From the NCBI GenBank assembly GCA_964016885.1, contig OZ024740.1, forward strand, positions 306,280,001 to 306,344,000: DNA of 64,000 nt. The letters run 5' to 3'. A model generated the notes under the pieces. The model saw only the letters and a program-made list of their open reading frames with translations, was not told where the DNA came from and ran no database searches. This DNA comes from Eledone cirrhosa. Taxonomy: Eukaryota. Within the stretch, counting starts at the first letter, position 1; each line of letters starts with the position of its first letter. Of this stretch, positions 29,501 through 44,500 are shown piece by piece. The position numbers and the translations under genes were made by a program.

Positions 29501-32500
29501 CTTCTATTTCATTGTAGCTGCATGTCCCTCCTTCGCTGACATAGCTGTTGCTTTGGAAAATGTAATTTGTGATAGTCAAGCCTCTTATCAAACATCTGTG
29601 GTTCTCTCAAATGAATACCAGTTTCTTCTCTCCTGGTGCTGGATCAATCTCAAGGTAGTTTAGTACTTTCATTACCATATTTTTAATGAAACACACTGCC
29701 TATGTGTTTCAATTAATTTTGAAAATGACTAACAATTTGTAAGAATTTAAAATGAAATAACCAAGTTTTTCATTAGCAAGGTGATATTTAGAACATTACT
29801 TGGCGATCCAGTCAGATCAATTGGAGATGGTTTCTTCTGACAGGACCTGCTAGAAGGAGTGTTTGAGGACTCTGCCTGCATATCCCTCCCAGGAATAAGT
29901 GGGAGAAGTCAGAGAGAAGAAGTTTAGATATTTTCTTTTGTTTATTCTTTTTTTTTTTTTGTTTTGTCTGTATCTAAATCTTTCTCCTTCAATATAGTTA
30001 GCTTCCAGTCTGTACTTTATTGTTTATAAAGATATGACACCCTCTCCTGTACATTTGGCAGAATGTGAGACCAAACATAAGCGAGATGACAGATGCTTGG
30101 TTTGTCAGGGAGATCAGTAATTCTGCTTCAGTACTCACTTGTTAGCAGTGAAAGTGGATGTTAAAACAACAATAATAATGATGATGATATATATAGAGAA
30201 AAATTTATTTTGTTTTTCCATGCTCCTTTATCACACTAATCAGTACTTTTAGTCCTGCTTTGATCAGCTTCATTATTTCATTGATTACGGCCCTTGCCAT
30301 TCTGAGTTCAAATCCCACCGAGGTTAACTTTGCCTTTCATCCTTACGGGGTCGATAAAATAAAGTACCAGTAATGCAATGGGTAATTGCTGGCCTTGTGC
30401 CAAAAAGTAGAAACAATTATTTCATTGATTACAGTTTTTGTATTACTTAACCCAATCTCTCTATATTTATTTCAGGAAAGTTCCTCCCTCTTGGGACAAA
30501 TTGTAAATTTGGTGAACAAGAATCAAAAGAAAAGCACTGTCCCCACAAAAAGCCTCACTCTATCATTTGATGTGTATCAGAGAATTAGTGACATTTTTAT
30601 TAAAGTCCTCACTCAGTGTAGACATCGAGTTAGTATATCTTTTTAAACATTTTATAGTCCTCACTGAATATAGTATCATATCTTCAAAAGTTCTGTATCA
30701 CATTAGCCATCCTGTCTCAATAACTATCACACCACTAGCCTCTACATAAGCCATCCTGTCTCAATAGCTATCACAACACTATAGCCTCTACATAAGCCAT
30801 CCTGTCTCAATAGCTATCACAACACTATAGCCTCTACATAAGCCATCCTGTCTCAATAGCTATCACAACACTATAGCCTCTACATAAGCCATCCTGTCTC
30901 AATAGCTATCACAACACTATAGCCTCTACATAAGCCATCCTGTCTCAATAGCTATCACAACACTATAGCCTCTACATAAGCCATCCTGTCTCAATAGCTA
31001 TCACAACGCTATAGCCTCTACATAAGCCATCCTGTCTCAATAGCTATCACAACACTATAGCCTCTACATAAGCCATCCTGTCTCAATAGCTATCACAACA
31101 CTATAGCCTCTACATTAGCCATCCCTGTCTCAATAGCTATCACAACACTATAGCCTCTACATTAGCCATCCCTGTCTCAATAGCTATCACAACACTATAG
31201 CCTCTACATTAGCCATCCCTGTCTCAATAGCTATCACAACACTATAGCCTCTACATTAGCCATCCTGTCTCAATAACTATCACAACACTATAGCCTCTAC
31301 ATTAGCCATCCTGTCTCAATAGCTATCACAACGCTATAGCCTCTACATTAGCCATCCTGTCTCAATAACTAGCACAACACTATAGCCCCTACATTAGCCA
31401 TCCCTGTCTCAATAGCTATCACAACACTATAGCCTCTACATTAGCCATCCCTGTCTCAATAGCTATCACAACACTATAGCCTCTACATAAGCCATCCTGT
31501 CTCAATAGCTATCACAACACTATAGCCTCTACATTAGCCATCCCTGTCTCAATAGCTATCACAACACTATAGCCTCTACATTAGCCATCCCTGTCTCAAT
31601 AGCTATCACAACACTATAGCCTCTACATTAGCCATCCCTGTCTCAATAGCTATCACAACACTATAGCCTCTACATTAGCCATCCTGTCTCAATAGCTATC
31701 ACAACGCTATAGCCTCTACATTAGCCATCCTGTCTCAATAACTATCACAACACTATAGCCCCTACATTAGCCATCCCTGTCTCAATAGCTATCACAACAC
31801 TATAGCCTCTACATTAGCCATCCCTGTCTCAATAGCTATCACAACACTATAGCCTCTACATAAGCCATCCCTGTCTCAATAACTATCACAACACTATAGC
31901 CTCTACATAAGCCATCCCTGTCTCAATAACTATCACAACACTATAGCCCCTACATTAGCCATCCCTGTCTCAATAGCTATCACAACACTATAGCCTCTAC
32001 ATTGGCCATCCTGTCTCAATAACTATCACAACACTATAGCCCCTACATTAGCCATCCCTGTCTCAATAGCTATCACAACACTATAGCCTCTACATTGGCC
32101 ATCCTGTCTCAATAACTATCACAACACTATAGCCCCTACATAAGCCATCCTGTCTCAATAACTATCACAACACTATAGCCTCTACATTAGCCATCCTGTC
32201 TCAATAGCTATCACAACGCTATAGCCTCTACATTAGCCATCCTGTCTCAATAGCTATCACAACACTATAGCCTCTACATTGGCCATCCTGTCTCAATAAC
32301 TATCACAACACTATAGCCCCTACATAAGCCATCCTGTCTCAATAGCTATCACAACACTATAGCCTCTACATTGGCCATCCCTGTCTCAATAACTATCACA
32401 ACACTATAGCCTCTACATTAGCCATCCCTGTCTCAATAGCTATCACAACACTATAGCCTCTACATTGGCCATCCCTGTCTCAATAGCTATCACAACACTA

Positions 32501-35500
32501 TAGCCTCTACATTAGCCATCCCTGTCTCAATAGCTATCACAACACTATAGCCTCTACATTAACCATCCCTGTCTCAATAGCTATCACAACACTATAGCCT
32601 CTACATTAGCCATCCCTGTCTCAATAGCTATCACAACACTATAGCCTCTACATTAGCTATCCCTGTCTCAATAGCTATCACAACACTATAGCCTCTACAT
32701 TAGCCATCCCTGTCTCAATAACTATCACAACACTATAGCCCCTACATAAGCCATCCTGTCTCAATAGCTATCACAACACTATAGCCTCTACATTGGCCAT
32801 CCTGTCTCAATAACTATCACAACACTATAGCCCCTACATTGGCCATCCTGTCTCAATAACTATCACAACACTATAGCCCCTACATTAGCCATCCCTGTCT
32901 CAATAACTATCACAACACTATAGCCTCTACATTAGCCATCCCTGTCTCAATAGCTATCACAACACTATAGCCTCTACATTGGCCATCCTGTCTCAATATC
33001 TAACACAACACTATAGCCCCTACATTGGCCATCCTGTCTCAATATCTAACACAACACTATAGCCTCTACATTGGCCATCCTGTCTCAATAACTATCACAA
33101 CACTATAGCCTCTACATTAGCCATCCTGTCTCAATAGCTATCACAACACTATAGCCTCTACATTAGCCATCTCTGTCTCAATAACTATCACACCACTAGC
33201 CTCTACATTGGCCATCCTGTCTCAATAGCTATCACAACACTATAGCCCCTACATTGGCCATCCTGTCTCAATAGCTATCACAACACTATAGCCTCTACAT
33301 TAGCCATCCTGTCTCAATAGCTATCACAACACTATAGCCTCTACATTAGCCATCCTGTCTCAATAGCTATCACAACACTATAGCCTCTACATTAGCCATC
33401 CCTGTCTCAATAGCTATCACAACACTATAACCTCTAAATTAGCCATCCCTGTCTCAATAGCTATCACAACACTATAGCCTCTACATTAGCCATCCTGTCT
33501 CAATAGCTATCACAACACTATAGCCCCTACATAAGCCATCCTGTCTCAATAGCTATCACAACACTATAACCTCTACATTAGCCATCCTGTCTCAATAGCT
33601 ATCACAACACTATAGCCTCTACATTAGCCATCCTGTCTCAATAGCTATCACAACACTATAGCCTCTACATTAGCCATTTCTGTCTCAATAACTATCACAC
33701 CACTAGCCTCTACATTGGCCATCCTGTCTCAATAACTATCACAACACTATAGCCTCTACATTAGCCATCCCTGTCTCAATAGCTATCACAACACTATAAC
33801 CTCTACATTAGCCATCCCTGTCTCAATAGCTATCACAACACTATAGCCCCTACATTGGCCATCCTGTCTCAATAGCTATCACAACACTATAGCCTCTACA
33901 TTAGCCATCCTGTCTCAATAGCTATCACAACACTATAGCCTTTACATTAGCCATTTCTGTCTCAATAACTATCACACCACTAGCCTCTACATTGGCCATC
34001 CTGTCTCAATAGCTATCACAACACTATAGCCCCTACATTGGCCATCCTGTCTCAATAGCTATCACAACACTATAGCCTTTACATTAGCCATTTCTGTCTC
34101 AATAACTATCACACCACTAGCCTCTACATTGGCCATCCTGTCTCAATAGCTATCACAACACTATAGCCCCTACATTAGCCATACCTGTCTCAATAGCTAT
34201 CACAACACTATAACCTCTACATTAGCCATCCCTGTCTCAATAACTATCACAACACTATAACCTCTACATTAGCCATCCCTGTCTCAATAACTATCACATC
34301 ACTATAGCCCCTACATTAGCCATCCCTGTCTCAATAACTATCACAACACTATAGCCTCTACATTAGCCATCCCTGTCTCAATAGCTATCACAACACTATA
34401 ACCTCTAAATTAGCCATCCCTGTCTCAATAACTATCACAACACTATAGCCTCTACATTAGCCATCCCTGTCTCAATAGCTATCACAACACTATAGCCCCT
34501 ACATTGGCCATCCTGTCTCAATATCTAACACAACACTATAGCCCCTACATTGGCCATCCTGTCTCAATATCTAACACAACACTATAGCCCCTACATTGGC
34601 CATCCTGTCTCAATAGCTATCACAACACTATAGCCTCTACATTGGCCATCCTGTCTCAATAACTATCACAACACTATAGCCCCTACATTAGCCATCCTGT
34701 CTCAATAGCTATCACAACACTATAACCTCTACATTAGCCATCCCTGTCTCAATAGCTATCACATCACTATAGCCTCTACATTAGCCATCCCTGTCTCAAT
34801 ATCTAACACAACACTATAGCCTCTATATTAGCCATTCCTGTCTCAATAGCTAACATACCACTATAACCATCATACTTCTATAGACACCATTATAGCTATG
34901 TCTGTCCCAGTAACTGCCACTCCAATATAACTACCACTATAGCCCCTGTGTATCAATATCTACCATATCGTCATAGCCACTACACTAGCTATCCATGTTT
35001 AAGTTGATACCACATCACTTTAGCTATTATATCAGCCATTCTTGTCTCAATAACTACCATACCGCTATCATCTCCACATTGTCTCACACTGTCTCAATAG
35101 CTGCTATAGCACTCTGGACATTGCACTGGCCATCTCTGTCTCAATAGCTACCACATCACTATAGCTACAATATAAGCCATTCCCTTTTCAACAGCTACCA
35201 CGTCACTGTAGCCATGACGTAATCCATTTTTGTCTCAGTAGTCATCACATCACTTTAGTCATTCCTATTTCAATTACTACAATGCACTATAGCTGCCACA
35301 GCACAAGCCTTATTTTAATGGCCACAACATTAGCAATCCCTGCCTCAATAGCCATCACACCACTAGAGCCGCAATACCACATTAACCCTTTCATTATTGC
35401 ATTTCTAATGAAATACACTCTATTTCATTAAATTTAAAGATTTTTGAGAGATTTACTGAAATTATTAATTATTTCATTAGTAAGACAGTAACTTAACAAA

Positions 35501-38500
35501 TGGTTCTTATATAAAATTATGTTGGAAGATTTTAATTTAATTGAAATCCTTTAGAATAATAGGTACCACATCATAATAGTTATCACATCATATTAACAAA
35601 GTCACCACAATAGCCACTACACCTCTACAACCATAAAACCACAATATCTGACACACCACAATAGTCATTACATCATAAATAGCAACTATTTCCCAACATC
35701 TTTACAGTTAGTCCACCACTTAAGGCACACTGTTACTGTAACTAAGTCTTGTATTTCTCAACAATTAACCCAACTATATTTCTCATTCTTTCTTAAGGTT
35801 TATGTCTGAAGTGTAAAACTTTCAACTTCATATCACCTATAAAACACTATTATACTAGAGTTAAACCTGAAGATGTTACTTTCCACTGCAGGGTGCCATT
35901 GAGAACTGTCGACAAGGATTTATAGACTTCTGTATAACATTGTTGGCTACAAAACACAGTGCCAGTTCTATTCCTGAGAAAGTTCTTGTTCAAGTGGGTA
36001 CCCATATCTTTTATTCCATTTTTATTTCATTTTCTTTTTTTACATTTATTTTCCTTTGTTTGTATGCCTAATTCTTACTAATGAATATTGGGGCATTCTA
36101 GAGGGTAGTGTTTCTAAGTATAATAGTTTCAAGGAAAAACATACAGAGGCTCCCTCTGGTGGTTCCAATTAACTTATGTTGTCTTCACCATCATCTTCAT
36201 TATTTTACGTCCGCCTTTTTTTTGTTGTGCTGTGACACAAGAAAACAGCTCTTTGTCCTCCCTGTAAGGTGGTTGTGCTAGTGACGTGTAAAAAAGCACT
36301 CCGTCCACTCTGTAATGTACTGGTGACACAACAAAAACTACTCAGTCCACTTTGTTAGATGGTCATTTTAATGCCATGATAAAAAATACCCAGTCCACAT
36401 TGTAACATGGTTGGTTTTTGGAAGGGCATTAAGTGATAGAAACCAAGACAAAATACAGATCTGTACAAGCAAGATGTGGTCACCTGACCTGATTGTTCTC
36501 ATAACATGACAACCCATCAAACCCATGCAAGCATGGAAAATGGACATTAACCCTTTAGCATTTAAACTGGCTGTATCTGGCCAGAATTCTCTCACCTCTT
36601 TCTGTTCAAACTGGCTATAACTAACCACTCATACTGATGTTAAGGTATTGTTCTCAAAATAAATAATATCAAAATCTCATAGATTCGATACTGTGTGATA
36701 TAATTATGAGATAAAGTGTTTACTGCGAAAATGCTAGCGTGGAAGATAGACATTAAACGATGATGATGATGATGAATAGTATATATGGAGTAATGCAAAT
36801 GCTAAAGGGTTAAACAATGATGATGATTTTCCGTGCTTGTATGGGTTGGACAGGTCCTTTTCAGCACAATCTCCCTCCACTTGTAGTATTCCTTTGTCAT
36901 CTCCTCTAAGTAGTGAGGGATTAAGATTAAACACATGAAAACAATAGTATTAATTAGTAAACTGCAAACAAAAAAATGGTAGGACACAAGAGATGGAGTA
37001 GCAAATGAATTAGATGGGTTTAGGTGGCATACAGTTTTCTAGGTTAATTAAACAGAAACTCTTGTTCTAGAATAGACAAAGAGGATAGACCATGTCAGTA
37101 TATTAGTGGTTCATCATCATCATCACCATTTAACGTCTATTTCCAATGCTTGCATGGGTTAGATGGCTGTCACATGCTGTGGCCAGACTGGTCAGGTGAC
37201 TTGGTCCTGCTCATATGTTTTGTTTTGGCTTGGTTTCTATGGCTGGATGTCCTTCCTAATGCCAACCACTTTACAGCATGTACTGAGAGCATGGTACTAC
37301 AGCTGGATGTCCTTCCTAATGCCAACCACTTTACAGAGTGTATTGGGAGCATTTTATCATGACTCCAATGTTACCACCTTACAAGGTGGATTGGGTGCTT
37401 TTGTCATGGCGCCAGCACAACCATCTTACAGGGTGGACTTAGTGTTTTTGTAGTGGCACCAGCACTAGGGTGCTCAGAGTACGTAGTCGTGCTGGGGTGG
37501 GGTGTGGCTGGGATTCCAACATTGCATTGTAGGGTTGGGGTGGGAGTCATGGTGGCACTTGGCTTCCTTGGTGGCCTAAAGAGGAGAGCATTTATATACT
37601 ACTTGAGGCAAATGGTTGAGTGGGTCGTGTCCATCATTTTGGGGTATGTCTGGCTTTCCTGGGTTGGGAAAGTGTTGGGGTGTAAGGGTTCAGAAGTGAA
37701 GGTGAATCAGTTAAGATTCCTCCTAGATTTCCATGCTAGCATGGGTTGGGCAAAGATGTCAGATGAGGACCTGAGAGTTGTTCCATCTGTCTGCTTTTTG
37801 GGGTTTAGTATAGAGAAGAGGGATCAGAGGCTTGCTGGCAGGAATTTCAGAAGTATACTGGCAGGTGGGAGATGGGACCTGAGTGTTATAACACTTCTCT
37901 GCTTCTTCAGGTTTAGGGTGGAGGGAGGTAGCTAGTTGTAGTGAGATAATGAGTATAGCTTTGACAATGAATCTGGTGGGATGGAGAGTCATCCTATCTC
38001 GAGTGTCTGTGTAGGTAGTAACTACACACACTAGCACAGCTATTTCACTTTGTCTCCTCCTCATACGCACACAACAAACTTTGTTCTTTTGTCTCTCTCT
38101 CAATGTACATCTTTGTTCTAGATTTTGAAGAGTTTAAATGGAGGTAAACTGGATGTATCAATTACACGTCGTTCAGCTGGTCTCCCTATTATTGTCCAAT
38201 GTATCTGCATCAGTGAACGAAAAACTAAAAATGTAAGATTTTACTCTTTATTTCTTACAATTTATTCAATTTCTGGCCAAGTTTTCTATGGCTATATACT
38301 TTCCCAGTCGCAAACTCATTCCTTATTCTAAGTATGATATATATCACTAACATTTTATCACACCACAACATTGCCTAATGTATTATTTATGGAAGGACAT
38401 AACTGTCACATCAGGCTAGTGATGATATGACATTCACAGTGACTATCACTTATACACACATGCACATACACACACATGCACGATTATTCGAGACTCGAGC

Positions 38501-41500
38501 ATATGATTTTCAAATAATTTTGAAAAAATAATTTGAAGGGATTTAGAAATATAACTAACTTTTTCAATATTAAGCTGGTGTTTTGAATATCACAAAAATT
38601 CTTAGATAGAAATATAATGAAAAGTTTTTAGATAGTTAACCTTATGACAGAGTTTAGTGTCAAAGAACCAGGGAAGGTTTCAGGCAGTTTGATATCAAAA
38701 GGGTTAATTATACAGCTAGTTCTATACCTATTACTACATAAAAAAACATCCCCAAACTTCCAGATATATATATCACTACAGAGCACTACTACTACAACAT
38801 AGTAAAAACATTATCTCCCTATCTCAATCTGGACAAACATAAGGAATGCATACATCAGAAATAGCTGCAACATCAATATTTTCACTGGCTCCAAACACTG
38901 TTGGATTGAACATTGTCAAAAATAAGTGCCGAGGAATAGCAGCTATCATGCTCTGAGTTCAAAATTGATAGTCATACAGAAATAGACTAGATAGTGGCAA
39001 GAGTGCAGTATGTATAATGTCACACTGCACCCCATACAAATTATCACTACATGTTAGAATGTGTAGTCAGTTCTCAGCTAGACAGAGACATAGTATAACT
39101 GAAATAATGGATTTGTGTGTTGTATGTGTTGCACTTTGTCATTCAGCCAACTGTCTACAATATGACTGACTGTTCAATTAGAACTAACCTGGCTCTAAAC
39201 AATAGGAGTAACCTTTGGAAGAATATTCAGAATAGAAAAAAGTTTCTTGAATTATTTTTACTTTGTTAACACTTTCATGAATCTTTATCCTCATTTTGTC
39301 TTTTCTAATGTTAATGACAATTTTTACTTAATCATTTTTACTACACTAACTGTCTTTAACTTTATCCATTATTTGTATCTTCTACTGTGCTATTTGAGGT
39401 CAACTTTGTCTTCCTTCCATTTGAGGTCGTTAAAAAAAAAGTACCAGTCTAGTACTAGAGTCGATTCTTCCTCTATATCTCTTTCTCACTTCCATTCTCT
39501 CACTCTTTATCCTTCTCTGGAAGAAATCTGCTGTATTCAGACCTGGAGAGGAGATTGATTCTTCTAGGTTTGAAAGAATGCCCTAAAAAAACAGCATATG
39601 TCAATACAGCACCCTATGACTCCCTCAGGAGTTATGGGTTCATGCCATACCATACTGTACTATAATGGCCTCTGTCCCTCTGAAGATGTTAACTACATCC
39701 TCACTTAATATGCTTATTAAAATGTCTTCGCTTCTGTTTCTTCTACTACTATTGTTATTTTCTCTATTTTTCACTCTATCATTTGTCATTCCTTCTTTGC
39801 AGGGACACCTCATGGCCTTCTCGATGAAGTCCCTGTTTGCTACAGCATCTCAACCAGTACCAATTGCATCAACATGTGAGAAGCGGGACTTGAACCAAGT
39901 TCATGCTTTGAACATCCTCAAAGTACTGTTTGGAGACAACAATCTTAACACTGGACTTCTTCCACACCTCAGCGAAGCTGTGAAACTGGTAATATCTGGT
40001 TTTGAATCTCCTTCCTGGGCCATACGGAATGCTTCTACTCAATTATTCAGTAAGTTGTTTCATTTGTTTCTGTTTCCTTTCTATTACTAAACGCTCGCCC
40101 TATTGACCTCACTGATGTTGTGACATCTAACCTATCATATGTCATTGTTTCTCACCAATGACTCAATCTTTACATCTTCTTTATTTATTTCTGTATTCTG
40201 CTTTACTGCACATTGGACAATTCCAGCAGTTTTTTCATTAAGAGGTTGCTGGATCCTGTCTTAACCCTTCTCCATTTTTGGAGAAAAGGATGCTGAAAGT
40301 GATCTTCTGGGACTCTTCTCGTGGCGTAATGTAACTGATTCTAAGAGAGGAGACAGACAATTTGACCTTTGTTGGATTTGAATTCTGAGTATAGAAAACT
40401 AGAACATCTACCTCAAGACAACCTATCGAATACAATAATAACTCTTCTAATTTGCTGCTTTCTTTCTTTATATAGTAAAATCAAATCATTAAAATATTAA
40501 AGTAAACTTAATGTATTGTGCTGTGTTTGTAAAATCAAAATGTTTTCAAGCAGATACTTGACAACAGTAAAGGTAGATGTAGATAGCATGTTTTTAAACT
40601 GGTAGAAGTTATTCCATTGAAGCAAAGACAAATTGTGAACTGTAAGCTAAATGAAATACAGCTAAGAGAGAAATAAACAGGCAGCAGTTTTTCATTTAAA
40701 TTGTGAAACCTTATCACCATCACCACCACCATCACCACCAAAAAAGCTACTCACAGACTAGATAAAATAACTGTTTCTACTTTTGGCACAAGGCCAGCAA
40801 TTATCCCAGTGCATTACTGGTACTTTATTTTATCGATCCCGTAAGGATGAAAGACAAAGCTAACCTAGGCGGGATTTGAACTCAGAATGGCAAGGGCCAT
40901 AACTCTATGCATCAAAGCATGGCGTCCAACCCTCTACCGATACTGCCAATTCACCGCCCAATTCACAGACTAGATAAAATAACATGTGGCAATTGGGGAA
41001 AGTAAAATGCCATCTGTGTAACATTGCTACAACTATGACAATCAATCAAAGTTTATTTCCTTACAGTTATGTCTTATTTTGTAAATGGATATTTCATGAT
41101 GATTCTAAAGATGACTTCTTTTCTCTGTTTCCAGGTACATTAATGACAAGGATGTTTGGTCAGAAAAAAATTAAAGATGGCTGTGTCTTAAATACAATGA
41201 CACTTGAAGAATTAGCTGTGCACTTCCCAGATCTTTTGCCATTCCTTTTGACCAAATTGTCTCAGTCTAAGAATTTTCAGAAAACCATTCATATTCAACC
41301 ATCTTTGTTTCCTGTTTTAACTCTTCTCTCTAATGTAGGGGCCAGTGAAAAGATCAAGGATGATACTGTAAAGTAAGTTACTGATTAGGACTTAATGTAT
41401 GACCTTCTGACAGTAAGAAATGAACATTATGTTGTTATGTCTATAACCTATCTCCTGATCAGCATTTTCTGATAACTCATCTTGTATTTCTTGTTCTGTC

Positions 41501-44500
41501 TATTTCCAGCTTGTGTGATCAGTTCAGCATGTTGATTGAGCCACTTATAGAGAGTCGAGTATATCAAATGCGAGAGCTTGCTGCTAGTGCAATGGTTGCA
41601 GTAACTGCACCTTCACAAAGACATAACAAGATTATCACACTCCTGCACCAGATATCTAATATTCAAGATCAACACAATAAAGTCCATGGAATTTTCATAT
41701 TTGTAGAGAGACTTCTCCAAGCTCAGAGTTGGAAGTAAGTATTGGTTGAATAACTCTGAAAGCCTTAACCCTTTCATGACTGCCTTTTTTTATGAAATAC
41801 ACTCTATTTTAATTAATTAATGAAGAATTTTGAAGGATTTACTAAAATTATTGACTTTCATCAAATTGGACCGAGGAAATGTTTCCATTGGTCTTTTCAA
41901 TTGCTAATACTATCTATTGGTTGCAACTCCAGGTAGAAGGAGCAACGTGAAATAAAGTGTCTTGCTCAAGGACATAACGCATCACCTGGTCCGAGAATCA
42001 AACTTACAACCTCACGATTGCAAATCCAATTCTCTAACCACTCAGCCACACGCCTTCATTACTAAGATAGTAACTTAATTTAAGGTTCTTCTATAAAATC
42101 ATGTTAGGAGATTTTAATATAAATTGGAAACCTTTAAAATGGGTTGCTTTATTTTGTAGAACCAGAGCTGGTTTTGGCCGGATTGGTTACAAAAGGGTTA
42201 AACTTGTGACATAGTTGTTAGTTAGACTCTTGTCAGCTCTGATTAATCTAAGCTAAGATCAACGGTGTTCTAGCTGCAGCCACTTCATTTCTTCCAAAGA
42301 AATAATTAATGTATGTAGGAATACATTATCTAACGTATGTTTCCTTTTTTAAGATGTGAAGATATAATTTTAGTGAGATTTGGCTGCTAGTTCTAGCAGG
42401 ATGAATGAACATGTATAGGCTCCTGCCAGATGGTGGATCAGATAATAAGAGATGGGGAGAGCAGGAGAGACGGAGAGAGTGACTGGGAGTTTGGTTCCAT
42501 TGTGTTCTGACCTGATGTATATATATTTATTTACCGCATATACATCATCATCATCGTTTCATTTTACGTCCGCTTTTCCCTGCTTGCAAGGGTGGGACGG
42601 GAACTGATATACACACATATATATACATGTACAAACAAACTAGCACACAAATACAGTTTCTGATTAAGTTGAATCTATTAGTTCTTCATTTTCAAATATA
42701 GTGTTTCTATTTATTTAATAGATGCATCATAATATAATAAAGAGAGGAGTGCAGGACTGTATCCTGAATATATTTTTTTATCCTGTTTGTAAAATAAGAT
42801 TAACAACATATTGTCATCAATCTGTGGAAATAACAGCTTTCTTTGCATCCTGATATTAGGGGGGGTAACATATTTTAGACAAACGAAACTTGAAAAGAAA
42901 GGTATTTAATTTTTTGTTCAATAGATTGAACAAACGCAGACTGGCAATAATAAAAAAAAAATCTAGCAATCAATAAATTAAATCATTATTAATATATTTA
43001 TATACTACTATTAAGAAATGGACGTGCGAGTTAGTCGCAACATAATTAGATAACACAGCGTTGCAGACTCACACATCATAATACAATAAAGGGAGGAGTA
43101 CGGGACTGCGTCCTGAATATATTTTTTTATCCCATTTGTAAAATAAGTTGGATTACTTTGAATAAATAATGAATGAATATTACATAATTTATGTACTAAA
43201 TTTCTTGATTAGCTATAAATAATTTTATTGTTTCTTTCAAGATTCACTTCTTTAAAATTTTCAACTGTCAACACTTCTGGTTAGCGTCCGTTACATTATA
43301 ACACTCATTACATTGCTTATATAAACGTTCATATATTTGCATCATTTTATAAGGTTTATATTTCCGTTGCTAATTTTTTCCTAATGAAGTTTATATATAA
43401 TATTGTCTTTTTTAAATCTATCATGGATTACTTTACTGATTACAGAAGACAGTGTAACAGTTTCTCTCTTAAATTTCTGTGCATATTCTCAATTATTTGA
43501 TGTATCATATCTAAATGTATATATATTTGCATATAATATCAATATGCATACTACACATGCTAGCAGTTTAGTATGCTAGTATAATTATACTGCTAGCTGC
43601 TAGTATAATTTAATGCTGTTGTTGTTTAACTCCAGATTAGTTTTAATCAAACAAGCCTATGATTGAAGATGTTCAAATCATGATTACCTATCTTATATTT
43701 CCAATAGACTGAGCAGCAACATTGAGGTTTATTGTTTTTATCCTCAGGTCAGCATTGATCCAGTATATCAATGACTAAAGTTATTTCAGCCATAAGCATC
43801 TAGTCTTTTAGTGTATCTGGGACTATCTTTTCTAATGTGTTCTTCCCATTGCTGTTGTATCTGTTTGATAAGGGAATCTATTGTAAGATAAACATCCGCC
43901 CCATTGCTGTTAAAAATCTTCTAACTTGTTTCTTTTGTTTTCTTCTTTGTTTTTCTTTCAGCAAAGATGATTTAAGGAGTATTTTACAGAAGTTGATTAA
44001 CCTAGCTTTCCCACAAGACTTTCCTCTGGATCCGCCATCTTGTGGGTTAATACAAGCGAGATTAATTCAAATAATCAAGAATACTGTTTTAGCAACACCT
44101 GGTATTGACTTTCTTGGGGACAACTGGAGTCAACTATGCACCCATCTGTGGCAGCAAATTGAATCAACTACCAAGAATAGCCCTACTGTAAGTCTTCTGT
44201 TCAATTTTTTTTTACCTTTATTTTCATTGCTTAATCTCAGGATAGAAGGGACAAGGTATCTGAGACTAGTGGTGAGAATAAGGGAGGAAAGGAACCACAA
44301 CTTATGGTGTGCTGCAGCAAGAAGTAATCCACTAAAATATTCAGTTATTCCCAGACGTGAAACCTGGTCTGAATACTTGCAATGGAGTGAACTCTGCTAA
44401 AGAAATCCGTTTTCATTCACAAAGCTTCAGTTGACCTAAGGCAATGGTGAAAGATACTTGCTCAAGGTACAATGGTATTGATTCCAGAAAGACATGATTG

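Noticed and set aside
30703-34860. CRISPR-like regularity in the tandem arrays
   Set aside because: Units are contiguous with no unique spacers, there are no cas genes, and the context is a eukaryotic intron
37453-38103. 160-aa and 114-aa ORFs
   Set aside because: Low-complexity, repeat-derived sequence with no recognisable domain and no fit to the THADA exon chain
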